A DNA stretch of 64,000 nucleotides. Origin: a virus. The notes under the pieces are model-generated. The model saw nothing but the letters and a program-made list of their open reading frames with translations, was not told the origin of the DNA and searched no databases. The stretch lies in the IMG/VR virus record IMGVR_UViG_3300021142_000007, positions 71,400-135,399 of that record; one strand, written 5' to 3'. Below are positions 1 to 10,106 of the stretch, one piece after another. The stretch's first letter is position 1. Every line of letters begins with the position of its first letter. The position numbers were made by a program, and so were the translations under genes.

Positions 1-40
1 TATCTCTACCTGTAGTTATTCCGTTAGATAGAACATTCAT

Positions 41-766
41 TTAGGACTGAGCAATAAGCTTTGCGAAGTATTGTTCAGCTGTAAGAGGCACGATTTCACC
101 TGAAGGTATGATTTCAGAGTCCATTTCAAACAAGAGAACATCGCCTTGTCTCTTGATGTACTTGATATGTGGTATCATGTTCTCGTATACACGAATGGTT
201 GAAGCAATAGCTTCCAGCGCACCATTATGAGCATACTTTTCTTCAATCCACAACCAGTGTTCTTTGTTGGTTGTTGTACACCAGCACTTCACGCAGTAGT
301 TATCCTCGATACCCAGCGTAGAGCAGTCTATCTTATGGAGTTCATAGATGACATCGTAGTTTCTTAGCTTATACGAGCCATCTTCGTTGTATACACGATG
401 TGTTACGTTTTTACCTTCAACGTTAATCCTAGTATTACCCAAGTTCTGAATCATTTCAGATACGTTTATGGAACCAAACACGATTGCTCTGAAGGTAGAA
501 TTTGAAATTTCAAATGCTTCCTTGTATGAGAAAGGCTTTGCTTGATTGAAGTAATACAATAGAAGGTCTGCTTGATTCAAGCGGTCATTTGCTTCTAGTT
601 GTATAAGAGACTCTTTGAGAGGTCTTATGAAGGAATCCATGAAGCGTTCTTTATTACGCATAAGGCCCTTGAGGTATCTCGCGAAGTCAGGCAAGCTAAC
701 ATCATCGATGTATGAGTCTTTTTCGATATCGTATTCGATATTTGGAAGAAGAGGAATTTTTTGCAT
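41..766 (-). CDS. DUF6745-like protein with C-terminal RQGDVLL segment
   Basis: Motif VKCWCTTTNKEHWLWIE...ALEAIAST resembles DUF6745 (recalled, not searched); C-terminal KRQGDVLL. Confidence 0.45.
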   Translation of the reverse strand: MQKIPLLPNIEYDIEKDSYIDDVSLPDFARYLKGLMRNKERFMDSFIRPLKESLIQLEANDRLNQADLLLYYFNQAKPFSYKEAFEISNSTFRAIVFGSINVSEMIQNLGNTRINVEGKNVTHRVYNEDGSYKLRNYDVIYELHKIDCSTLGIEDNYCVKCWCTTTNKEHWLWIEEKYAHNGALEAIASTIRVYENMIPHIKYIKRQGDVLLFEMDSEIIPSGEIVPLTAEQYFAKLIAQS

Positions 767-792
767 ATGATAATTTTTTAATGAATTAGTAA

Positions 793-822
793 AATGGTCA
801 TGACGAATGTGTCATGACCATT
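793..822 (-). terminator. Intrinsic terminator
   Basis: 12-bp inverted repeat aatggtcatgac/gtcatgaccatt downstream of the 835-1155 gene, short U run on minus strand. Confidence 0.6.
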
Positions 823-834
823 GGGGTTACTGGA

Positions 835-1155
835 TTAGAGAGTCCACACAGGAATCATGTCCAGATTTTTTTTGCCGTTTTCAGAAACGGTGATTACTTC
901 GATTGCCATCAGCTTGATGCTTGACACTTCAAGCGTGAATTTGCATTCGGTTGGTTTCGCAGAACCATTTTCAGACAAGTCTGAAAGCGTATTGGCACCA
1001 GCCCAAGACCAGAGTCTCCTTGTTTGTACGAGTTCAACAGCGTAGTGACCGTCATGAGCAGGTTCACATGACTTAAGGAAACCAAAGTGAACACCTGCTG
1101 AGTAGGTTCTGATACATACGTAAGGGTAGCCATCTGCGTTAACGTTTTTCTTCAT
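835..1155 (-). CDS. DUF6948-like small phage protein
   Basis: VCIRTYSAGVHFG...TRRLWSWAGANTLSDLSENG motif (recalled family). Confidence 0.65.
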   Translation of the reverse strand: MKKNVNADGYPYVCIRTYSAGVHFGFLKSCEPAHDGHYAVELVQTRRLWSWAGANTLSDLSENGSAKPTECKFTLEVSSIKLMAIEVITVSENGKKNLDMIPVWTL

Positions 1156-1190
1156 TTTTTGTTTTTTTGTTAGTTAGTTAATTAATGATA

Positions 1191-1221
1191 CAAAGGTATA
1201 AAATTTATTTTAAAGATGCAA
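1191..1221 (-). promoter_or_regulatory. Bacteroidota sigmaABfr-type promoter (representative of ~30 copies)
   Basis: Minus strand TTGCA...TACCTTTG matches the -33/-7 consensus TTTG/TAnnTTTG; + strand caaaggta also at 2356, 2764, 3439, 4739, 5639, 6541, 7631, 10523, 13001, 16010, 57716 and others, each just upstream of a minus-strand gene. Confidence 0.9.
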
Positions 1222-1263
1222 GTATTTCTGAATTTTTTTTCGAAATAATTTCAGAATGAACTT

Positions 1264-1506
1264 CTAGTCTGAAATGGAGTACCCTTTAAGTCTACCACAA
1301 CTGATATTAGAAAAGATACCACCTTGGCCAGAACCAGAGCCATGTCCAAAACCACAGCCCACACCATCACCTTTACCATTACCAATTCCGCTACAGCTTG
1401 AACTACCAACTCCGCTACCAAATCCGCTTCCACGACCACTTCCATCACCTTTTTTATAAGGCGAAATAATACTATCTGGATTTCTACCGTATGACTTTAT
1501 TTCCAT
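1264..1506 (-). CDS. Gly-rich peptide, MEIKSYG family copy 1
   Basis: MEIKSYGRN leader followed by (Gx)n repeats. Confidence 0.7.
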   Translation of the reverse strand: MEIKSYGRNPDSIISPYKKGDGSGRGSGFGSGVGSSSCSGIGNGKGDGVGCGFGHGSGSGQGGIFSNISCGRLKGYSISD

Positions 1507-1777
1507 ATAACTTATCCTTTACCATTTCCATAACCATCTCCACGACCAAAAGACCTTACCCTAGACTCAGCGAGAATACAATAACCCATATCAGTACCAG
1601 TGCCATCACCATAACCCTTACCATATCCAGTGCCATCACCCTTACCATATCCAGTGCCATAACCCTTTCCATTTCCTTTGGTACCGCCCCATCCATCAGC
1701 ATGGCCCCAGCCACAGAATATATCTTGGTTTCTACCGTATGACTTTATTTCCATATAACTTATCCTTTACCATTTCC
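1481..1777. repeat. 49-bp perfect direct repeat (1481-1529 and 1729-1777)
   Basis: tttctaccgtatgactttatttccatataacttatcctttaccatttcc occurs twice, each spanning a gene end, spacer and next start. Confidence 0.9.
1512..1754 (-). CDS. Gly-rich peptide, MEIKSYG family copy 2
   Basis: MEIKSYGRN leader, GYGxG repeats, ends GNGKG. Confidence 0.7.
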   Translation of the reverse strand: MEIKSYGRNQDIFCGWGHADGWGGTKGNGKGYGTGYGKGDGTGYGKGYGDGTGTDMGYCILAESRVRSFGRGDGYGNGKG

Positions 1778-2017
1778 CTTTCCACCGCCATCACCACGAC
1801 CTTCTGCTCGGCATCTTCCATTAGCACCACCAAATCCATCTCCCCATCCAAGTCCCTGTCCAGTTCCCCAATTATAACCATCATCATAGCCATCACCGCT
1901 GCCATCACCCATACCACCTCCATCTCCATCTCCGTTACCATTACCACATCCATCAGCATCGCCATGAGACCAACCCCATTCTTGTTTAACTATTCTTCCG
2001 TGTGATAATACTTCCAT
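1760..2017 (-). CDS. Gly-rich peptide, family copy 3
   Basis: MEVLSHGR leader, GDG/GWG repeats, ends GNGKG. Confidence 0.7.
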   Translation of the reverse strand: MEVLSHGRIVKQEWGWSHGDADGCGNGNGDGDGGGMGDGSGDGYDDGYNWGTGQGLGWGDGFGGANGRCRAEGRGDGGGKGNGKG

Positions 2018-2087
2018 GTCTCGTATTTAAGAAATAAAAAAAGGCTATATATTACTATAGCCTTTTGTTTTATTCATCTTAGATGAA

Positions 2088-2324
2088 TTAGTCAAAAGCG
2101 TTTACCATTTGACCAGTCAAAGGGTTCACCTCTTGCTGTGTCAACTTGATTACGTGTGCGCTTTCGGTTACTACTACACCGTGTTCACCGTGGAGTACTA
2201 CGCCTTGGCCTTCGCATTCAAGGACAAGTCCGTTAAGGTTGTCAAGCTTACGCTTAAGGGTAACTTCACCATTGATGGTGTGTGTGTTGGTCGATGGTTC
2301 TAGGACCAGTGTGTTTTTGCTCAT
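2088..2324 (-). CDS. Small beta-rich protein with HxEH motif (likely partner of the DUF6745-like protein)
   Basis: True start MSKNT at 2324 behind a promoter; THT...LHGEHG...QQEVNP. Confidence 0.5.
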   Translation of the reverse strand: MSKNTLVLEPSTNTHTINGEVTLKRKLDNLNGLVLECEGQGVVLHGEHGVVVTESAHVIKLTQQEVNPLTGQMVNAFD

Positions 2325-2327
2325 AGC

Positions 2328-2799
2328 TTTTTGTTTTTGGTTTTTATTAATAATACAAAGGTACGTATAATATTTGAGAAATTCAAGCTTTATTCGAAAT
2401 TTATTTTTTATATATTGTATATCAATCGAATAAGCATTGCCCCACATGCCATACCTATTATAAATATGCATATCAAGGATAAAAGGAAGCTTGTGTTTTC
2501 GTTCATGGGTTAAACGATTTATGAAAATCTACTTAAGAAGTTAAGAAACGTTAAGGCTATTAACAGAATGTTTATTATTGGTAGCAAAGAAATACCAAAT
2601 GCTAGCATCCCTAGATAAAGGTTCTTCCAGTTTCTAGGATTGCGTATGGCATTACCCAATAGCAATTTATCAATGTAATAGCTTCTATAGAGCCAGTATA
2701 GTCCACATAGGACACCAATCGTGTATATCATAGTATTTTTGTTTTTGGTTTTTATTAATAATACAAAGGTACGTATAATATTTGAGAAATTCAAGCTTT
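2328..2799. repeat. 64-bp perfect direct repeat of promoter plus 5' UTR (2328-2391 and 2736-2799)
   Basis: tttttgtttttggtttttattaataatacaaaggtacgtataatatttgagaaattcaagcttt twice, offset 408. Confidence 0.9.
2519..2731 (-). CDS. Small membrane protein
   Basis: Start MIYTIG behind the repeated promoter; two hydrophobic segments. Confidence 0.6.
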   Translation of the reverse strand: MIYTIGVLCGLYWLYRSYYIDKLLLGNAIRNPRNWKNLYLGMLAFGISLLPIINILLIALTFLNFLSRFS

Positions 2800-3419
2800 T
2801 AGGAAATTTTTTTGTATATTTTTTCGATATCTTTGAGATGTACTATTCCTTCTTCTATAGGTAAGTAACTTATACCATATAAAGACATCAACTTATATAG
2901 CTGCTTTATATGTTCTTTTGGATATGACTTACAACCGAACTTGACGTTAGATTCAGATACTTCCATGCGATGACCAAGTATCTGAACGCCATTATGTTTA
3001 TCTATTTCTTGCTGTGTTGCTTTTCTGAAGTAATTCGGATACTGGTCAATATATAAAACATGACCTTCATCTGAAATGGCAACCTTAAAATTACTCTTAG
3101 TGTTTCCATTAGGGGCACCAATAAGGTCAACTCTAATAACGTCACCAACATGAGCCGCAGCTTTATACATGGGATGGTTTGTGTTATTACCGCCATCTCC
3201 AAGGACGTATATGTAGTCACCAACCTTATATTCGTCTTCATATACCGCATCAAACCATATATCAAGAACCTTAGCGTCTTGCGCCTTGTCTATGCTTACG
3301 ATATCGTTTGATACTAAGAAACATCCGTTATCATATATGTAAGAATCTATACCAAAGAACTTCCCAGCATCCGCTGCGCTTACGGTTCCATTAAGCTTAT
3401 ATCCGATTATTTTTTTCAT
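2799..3419 (-). CDS. Hypothetical protein
   Basis: 206-aa ORF with own promoter at 3439. Confidence 0.6.
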   Translation of the reverse strand: MKKIIGYKLNGTVSAADAGKFFGIDSYIYDNGCFLVSNDIVSIDKAQDAKVLDIWFDAVYEDEYKVGDYIYVLGDGGNNTNHPMYKAAAHVGDVIRVDLIGAPNGNTKSNFKVAISDEGHVLYIDQYPNYFRKATQQEIDKHNGVQILGHRMEVSESNVKFGCKSYPKEHIKQLYKLMSLYGISYLPIEEGIVHLKDIEKIYKKIS

Positions 3420-3478
3420 TGTTTTTTGTTTTATGCTACAAAGGTACTAATAATTTTTGTAATTTCCAAATAAGTAGT

Positions 3479-3817
3479 TTACATATCCAAATTACGTCTG
3501 GAGATATCGATGCTGTCGCTTACGCTATACTTATACTTCGTTACGTTAATGATAAAACCCTTGATTGAATCACCAGCCTTATACTGATTATATGTTTTTT
3601 GACATACTTCATACTCATGAGCCTCTGAACCATCATAGACTTGTAAGTAATACGTATCGTATTTACCACCAAACATTTCTTTTTTAAGAACAACAACGGT
3701 TGTATCGGTTAGTGTTCTGTATGTTTTGTAATCGTTGCAGCTTGACAACAAAAGCAGAGAGAATAAGATAAGGGTTATTTTTTTCATATTTATTTTTTTC
3801 TTGTTGGTATTAAACAA
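3479..3817 (-). CDS. Putative lipoprotein
   Basis: MKKITLILFSLLLLSSC lipobox. Confidence 0.6.
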   Translation of the reverse strand: MFNTNKKKINMKKITLILFSLLLLSSCNDYKTYRTLTDTTVVVLKKEMFGGKYDTYYLQVYDGSEAHEYEVCQKTYNQYKAGDSIKGFIINVTKYKYSVSDSIDISRRNLDM

Positions 3818-4719
3818 AGGTTGTCAGTAGAATCTTTCTTTATTTCCCAATCAAATTTATCATTTAGATAGAACGCTTTGTTTACATATTCAGACCCACT
3901 TCTAATAGCAATCATTGAATCAACTTTATACCCATCTTTTTTAAACAATTCTAACTCATCAACCCTACCCTTGCTCAAATCAATTTCTTTGGTTTTCAAG
4001 AACGGAAATTCTTTTTCCATTCTTTGTTTCCAAAGACCACAGCAATTATTTTCGTAGTATTGTTTTATGAAGTCTTCGGTTGTTTCACCCGTGAAGCCAT
4101 CAACATTTTCTCTTACGAGTTTTTGTTGTTCTGCATTCATGGCTTTAAACCCTTCCTGAAGGAATGATAGATTGATACTTATCTTTTTCATTTGTTTTGG
4201 TGTTTCTTGTTTTAAAACGTGTTTGATAAATTGTTCTGTTGTTATTTTTTCATACCCAGAAAAGTCTTCATCATCTAAAAATTCTCTTTCTTCATCACCA
4301 TAATAGTAGCTACCATCTGGGTGATATGATAGTATTAACTCATTTTCATGTACCGTAATACCAGCAAGAAAGGTAGCCACGCTATTTTTCCATTCATTGA
4401 GCATTTGTTTGTTCTCTGGTGTAACAACACAATACCATTTTTCTGGAAGTTCAACGCCATTTACAATTTCATCCCACTCTTCAAGGGTTAGTTCTACGGT
4501 ACCTTCAGGAAACTCCCCAAGTTCAACACGCCAACCCGTATTTCCACAATCACAAGTTCTTAATAATCCCACTCCGTAGTAAGCATCAAGACACCCAGAC
4601 CAAGGAGAATCAGCATATCCATTTTTCTTGCAGTAGTCATTAAGCCAAGATATGTATTTATCCCATAAAGGGTTATTTGAATCTCTTTTAATTGCAAAGA
4701 GATTAGGTAGTTGTTTCAT
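3790..4719 (-). CDS. Hypothetical protein
   Basis: 309-aa ORF, promoter at 4739. Confidence 0.6.
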   Translation of the reverse strand: MKQLPNLFAIKRDSNNPLWDKYISWLNDYCKKNGYADSPWSGCLDAYYGVGLLRTCDCGNTGWRVELGEFPEGTVELTLEEWDEIVNGVELPEKWYCVVTPENKQMLNEWKNSVATFLAGITVHENELILSYHPDGSYYYGDEEREFLDDEDFSGYEKITTEQFIKHVLKQETPKQMKKISINLSFLQEGFKAMNAEQQKLVRENVDGFTGETTEDFIKQYYENNCCGLWKQRMEKEFPFLKTKEIDLSKGRVDELELFKKDGYKVDSMIAIRSGSEYVNKAFYLNDKFDWEIKKDSTDNLCLIPTRKK

Positions 4720-5673
4720 TGTTTTTTTGTTTATGATACAAAGGTAATAATACTTTTTGTAATTACCAAATTATTCTTCAATAATACTTAAAATACCACC
4801 AAAATGGTCGGTGTCTTTAGCTTGTCTTTTACCATCCTTAACTAAGTAATCTTTTGCTAGGTCAATTGCACAGCAAGCCGTATTATAACTTTTTTTCTTG
4901 TATTCTTCGTTGAATGAATTAAGCCATTTTTCATCACATGATGTTAGGATGTCGTAGGCTTCATCAACAGATTCTGGTATGAGAAGCTTAACCAGCTTTT
5001 TTCTGAGGTATGTTTTTTCTCTTTGTGTCATTAGTTCATATGCATTAGGGTTTCAGCAACACCTACCTTAAAGGTTTTAACACCTTCTTTTCTATCTAAG
5101 CTGGGGATGTATGCAGATACGATATAACCTTCTAGGTAGGGTTCACACTTAAGAATAATGGTTTCATCTACGTTCCACTTTTCTTTTTCGTGAATGATTT
5201 GTTTTATCGCATTTTCAAAATTTCTTGTCATTAGTCCAGTATATCTGTTATGTCATCAAAAACATCTTCTAATGCTTCGCTGAAGTCTATGCGAAATAAT
5301 ACTAGTATCGTTACTAGGATTATAGCTATGAGTATACAAGTATAAATCATAGGTTATTTATTATTTTTGATAGCATTAGTTCTCTAATCTTTATCTTAGA
5401 AGATATACCTTCAGCAGTCTCGGTATAACCATATTCTTTGGCTTCTGCCAATTCGATATATAGGTCATCCAATTCATCCTTCAGGCTTTCAGCCAAATCA
5501 TAATCGTTTATGGGTTCGGTATTTGATTCATCCTTAGAAAGGATACTAATAGCTATTAAGAACCCCAAAAAACCGCATCCAAGCATGTATAGTATTTCCA
5601 TCATATAGTTTCTGATATTTTTTTTTTGAATTATAATGCAAAGGTATGTAATCTTTTTCAGACTTACAAGCTT

Positions 5674-5940
5674 TTATAAATAAAAATTTTTCCAATTACC
5701 ACTACCATCGCCACTACCATCGCCACCACCATTACCACTTCCTTCTCCATGTCCCCAGCCATGTCCAGAGCCATAACCTTCGCCAGAGCCATGACCCCAT
5801 CCATTTCCGTTTCCAATGCTATTTCCATCTCCCAACCCACTTCCATCTCCACCTCCCCATCCACCAGCATCGCCAGAGCCATCAGCCCAAAAATGAACAT
5901 GGGTTGTATCTAAGTTCTTTCCGTATGAATTAATTTCCAT
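5674..5940 (-). CDS. Gly-rich peptide, family copy 4
   Basis: MEINSYGKN leader plus GxG repeats. Confidence 0.7.
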   Translation of the reverse strand: MEINSYGKNLDTTHVHFWADGSGDAGGWGGGDGSGLGDGNSIGNGNGWGHGSGEGYGSGHGWGHGEGSGNGGGDGSGDGSGNWKNFYL

Positions 5941-6536
5941 TAGTATTTGGCCCAGTATCTAAGTACATAATTTCTTGTTTCTTCTGGCAAGTCAGAATAG
6001 TTCGCTCCTCTGCTATACCAAGCTTGAAAGTTTCCCCAACCCCAGTTATAGATGATTAGCTTATAGTTAAGGCTATTTGCAATACCAGCTTGCTTGAGGT
6101 ACAATGGAATTTGTTCTCCTAGCAACCATTCACCTATCTTGACATTGTATTTTCTTATGAATAAGTCTTCATAGGAATAGCGTTCTTTTGGATGATTGAT
6201 GTTCCATTCATCCAAGCCAGCTTGTGTAACTTGCATAGAACCAACAGCGTTCATAACCGATGTCTTGTAGTCCTTATCGCCAGACTCAATCATACGAACT
6301 TGGTCATAGTCTAGGTCCGTAAGGAATTTGCTTGCGCTATCGCGTGTTACAACAAATGGCTTTAAGACCTTCGGAATGGATGTATACTTCAGACTAAATC
6401 CTGTACTGAAGCCAATCATGACGAACATGATGAAAGCGAAGGTTATTGGCTTCATCATTATTTTCCAATAAGGGACGTGTACTTCTCTAAGAAGTTCGTC
6501 TCTGTAGTATAGCGTTTTTGTTTTTAGTAATTTCAT
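5940..6536 (-). CDS. Membrane-anchored lytic transglycosylase (SLT domain)
   Basis: IESG catalytic motif, AVGSMQV, YNWGWGN, LPEETRNYV; N-terminal TM segment. Confidence 0.8.
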   Translation of the reverse strand: MKLLKTKTLYYRDELLREVHVPYWKIMMKPITFAFIMFVMIGFSTGFSLKYTSIPKVLKPFVVTRDSASKFLTDLDYDQVRMIESGDKDYKTSVMNAVGSMQVTQAGLDEWNINHPKERYSYEDLFIRKYNVKIGEWLLGEQIPLYLKQAGIANSLNYKLIIYNWGWGNFQAWYSRGANYSDLPEETRNYVLRYWAKY

Positions 6537-6955
6537 GATACAAAGGTAAAATTAATAAATGAAAACTGCAAGTATATCTACTTATTTTTTTTCTGGATTA
6601 TCTTTAAGTTCTTCTTCGACCCGTTCTTTGTTCTTGAAACAGTGACCAATGCCCATCTTTCCCCAATTATCAATAAAATGCTTATGTATTTCGGATTGAA
6701 CAAAAGCCTTATCTCTTGGCTTCTGCCAGTTAGGGTCCGTAACGAAGACTTCCGCTCTTGATAATTGGAAGTTTGATTCGGTCAATAGCTTTTGAAGCAT
6801 ATGGTATCTTATGCTCAACAACTTAGTGAATTTGTCCCAAGCCGAATCCGTTTCAGCAAGTACGAATAACAAACCATTTTCAAAAGAAGATAAGCTTGCT
6901 TCTTTATTTCGAACCGCATCAACCATTCTAGCTATTTCATCAAAGTCTTTTTGTT

Positions 6956-7195
6956 TCATGTGTGTTTTAGTTTTTTATTTGTGTATCCAAAGTCTTTTAT
7001 AAAGTGACCCTTACCACGACCAAACCCATCTCCCTTGCCATCACCAGTTCCATTTGAACACTTATGATTAATACTCAAACGATAGCCTCTTCCATCACCA
7101 TTACCAGCACCATTTCCTTTTCCAGAAACAGTTCCTCGTCCAACGCCACGCCCATCTAGGGTTCTCGCATCAATTCCGTTTGTGAGTACTATCAT
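6956..7195 (-). CDS. Gly-rich peptide, divergent family copy 5
   Basis: MIVLTNG leader plus GxG repeats. Confidence 0.55.
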   Translation of the reverse strand: MIVLTNGIDARTLDGRGVGRGTVSGKGNGAGNGDGRGYRLSINHKCSNGTGDGKGDGFGRGKGHFIKDFGYTNKKLKHT

Positions 7196-8171
7196 TTGAT
7201 ATGGGTTCTAGTATGGTTTTGTAAACTATTTTTTCATCGTCTTTATCAACCCATTGGGTCTTTACAAGTCTTCCGTTTACGTAATACTTGAGCAGGTTGT
7301 ATTCAATAGTTTTTCCATTTTCATCAATGCCATATTTAACTTCAAAATCCAAAGAAGTATATGACTTATTATATGGAATAGGTTTGATTTGTGTTTTGCA
7401 ACCTGATGCAAATAACACACAGACAAATATAAAAACAAAGATAGATTTCATGTGATTACTTTTTTTTAGCAAGATTTTGTATCTTGATGTTAGCAAGTTC
7501 GATTTCTCTTTCAAGGTTTCTTATCTCGGACTTATAGTCTTCGATAGTCTTAGCTGGGGCTTGATACGATGAAGTACCAGCACGTCCATATTGTCTTATG
7601 ATGTTGTTTACGTATGTCTTTTCCATGATGCAAAGGTAAGAAGTATTTTTGATACTTGCAAGTATTAAGGCATAAATTTAAGGCAAAATAAAATAATATA
7701 AACAAAGATTGAACATATGAATACAGCGGTTCCCCATTCGTCTATCATATAGCCTGTTGCAAACATACTAAACTTAGCATTTATTGCCTTACTAGCTTTA
7801 TAATTCCTTATTGTTGAAACCAAGCCCCAGATGAATACTAGAATTGAAAGTGTATACATATTTAGTCTATTGAAATGATGAATATTTTAATTACCTTATA
7901 CGAAAGATATATCGGCCAGAATACGATTCTCATGACCAAGATGATTTGTGGCGTTGAGTCTGGTATCTCTGATTGGAAGATAACCAACCATAAGATATAC
8001 CAGAGTATACCTAGTATATATGCTATTAACATGATTACTTATTTAATCGTTTAAGCCGCTTTGAGTTATATGGAACCAAAGAGTCTACTATGTGAGGACC
8101 AGATAAACCATAATAAAAGAATTTTATCATATGATACAAAGGTATGAAAATAATTTGACTTAACCAAGCTT

Positions 8172-8813
8172 TTAGTAGAGATTATTTTCGATACGTGAAA
8201 CTACTTCATTTTTGATAGCATCGGAAACAACATGATGCTTGTCTATCCAGTTTTTATAATGCGTTTTAAGACTGCTATATAATGGCTTCATGCGCTTAGA
8301 AAGCTTTACTTCAGATGGCTTATCAGCAGCGTTTATCTTACGAAGTTCTTTCAGCAGGTCGCTAAGTTCATCCATGGAATACTCAAGTAGTATTTCACTT
8401 GGTTGTTTTATATGAGGTTTTTGTTTTTGAATACGAATGACCGAACCTTGTCCATGCATTATCTGAATCACATATGACCCCAAGTATATTGCAGTGCCAG
8501 TAAAGTCATTGTAGTATCTAGTGTCTTTGCATGGCTTACCATATACCATAGCATATTCAAAGATGAACCAAAACATAGGTTCACGTGGTTCGTAGCCTAG
8601 AGACATTTCCTTTCTTACATAGGCATCCGAATCATACTTATTGATGTACTTCTCGATTACAGCATCAATCCTATCACCGAACTTCTTATGAAAGCTATTT
8701 ATGTTTTTGGTCAAGCGTTCGTTTAAGAACTTGCGTTCCTTTGCTAGTCTATCAAGTTCTACTTGTGCCTCTGGACTATTGAACCACTCCTCTAGGTCTG
8801 TTATTAAGCTCAT
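8172..8813 (-). CDS. Hypothetical protein
   Basis: 213-aa ORF in operon context. Confidence 0.6.
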   Translation of the reverse strand: MSLITDLEEWFNSPEAQVELDRLAKERKFLNERLTKNINSFHKKFGDRIDAVIEKYINKYDSDAYVRKEMSLGYEPREPMFWFIFEYAMVYGKPCKDTRYYNDFTGTAIYLGSYVIQIMHGQGSVIRIQKQKPHIKQPSEILLEYSMDELSDLLKELRKINAADKPSEVKLSKRMKPLYSSLKTHYKNWIDKHHVVSDAIKNEVVSRIENNLY

Positions 8814-9906
8814 TGTTTAGTCTTTTATTGGTGTTAGGTTATACTTTATTTCAAACTTCCAGCAAACCTCACGTAGTCTTTGACTTGTTATTCTATGAAA
8901 AGAAAGCTTTCTTAGCTTTATGATTTCTTCAAGCACAAGTTCTTTATCGGCATCATTCCGCATCATTTCTTCGATTTCGTCTGCCTTGGCACCGAAGGTA
9001 TCGGCAGCTTTGAATATAACGTAATAGGCTATGGTTACAACTAGTGTAAGACCTATGGATGCGATTGCTAGTAGTATTTCTTCTTTCATAGTGTAAAGGT
9101 ATAAAATCTTTTTCTTAAAAACAAGCTTTATTGCTTATATTTTTTCCATCGCTTGATTACTTCTTTATCTGTTCCTAATTGATTGAAGCTATCGGTGTGT
9201 GTCCATGACATCTTTTGATAGTCATAGATTTTCTTTTCACCACACCTCTTGCATATGCACTTATCAGGTAGGCTTGGGAAGTTATATAGCCATTTGTGGC
9301 CGAACACGAGACAAATTAACTTAGTCATTGATTTCCCATTTAACCCTGTTAGGAGACAGGAACTTAGGAATATTGGCATTGATTACCGAACTAATCTCTT
9401 GGTTGCCAGCATTGAGATTGGTTACTTCAACGATTTCAAGTTCCGCGAGGTCTTCGTATATGGCAATTACACGCACTTTCGCGAAGATATCATAGAATAA
9501 CTGATGCGTACCTTCGTTTGAGGTGTTAATGGTCAGCACATCTTTATAGATGCCCACATCTCCAACCTTTGGTCTGCGTTTGCGTCTGAAAAGGCTCTTG
9601 AATGATACGATTAATTCGATGTCGTTGTTATATTGTTGCATACTTTTGTTTTATGATGCTAAGGTAAGAAACTTATTTCAGACTACCAAGAATTCATGTG
9701 GAATTATTTGCTGGTATTTAATTTTTGTTTTCGAGTATATCATCAACAACCATACTAGAGGCTATCAATACAAATATCATAAGACCATCAAGAAACGTAT
9801 TCTCATCCTTACACAGGATAATAAGGCTCATTATTGCTGAAGCTAATTCAAGAAGTATAATTATGAATCTGTATATCTTTGTCATGGTAGGTATTTTTCG
9901 GTGTTC

Positions 9907-10100
9907 TGGGTGACACGATTTGTGCCACCCATACTACCCGTTTGTGATTGTTGTCTTTTTCACCTAAGCCCTAATCAAGTGCTGGAAGCATTCGGCTGTT
10001 AAACACGCATGTCAATAAGGCTAGAGGGGTGTTTAACAGCTTATAGGTGAACATCGTATTATCCGACAAGATAATCTAACCACCAGCATAACCTCTAGTC
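9907..10100 (-). ncRNA. Candidate structured (pseudoknotted) ncRNA
   Basis: Complementary pairs 9995-10006/10029-10040 (12 bp), 9959-66/10044-51, 10021-27/10092-98, 9980-85/10083-88, and hairpin 9907-9931. Confidence 0.5.
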
Positions 10101-10106
10101 TTCGTG

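Noticed and set aside
1251-2005. Overlapping alternative-frame and antisense ORFs (Met/Val-rich, Pro-rich, Thr/Ile-rich)
   Set aside because: Shadows of the GGN-repeat Gly-rich genes; no independent starts or promoters
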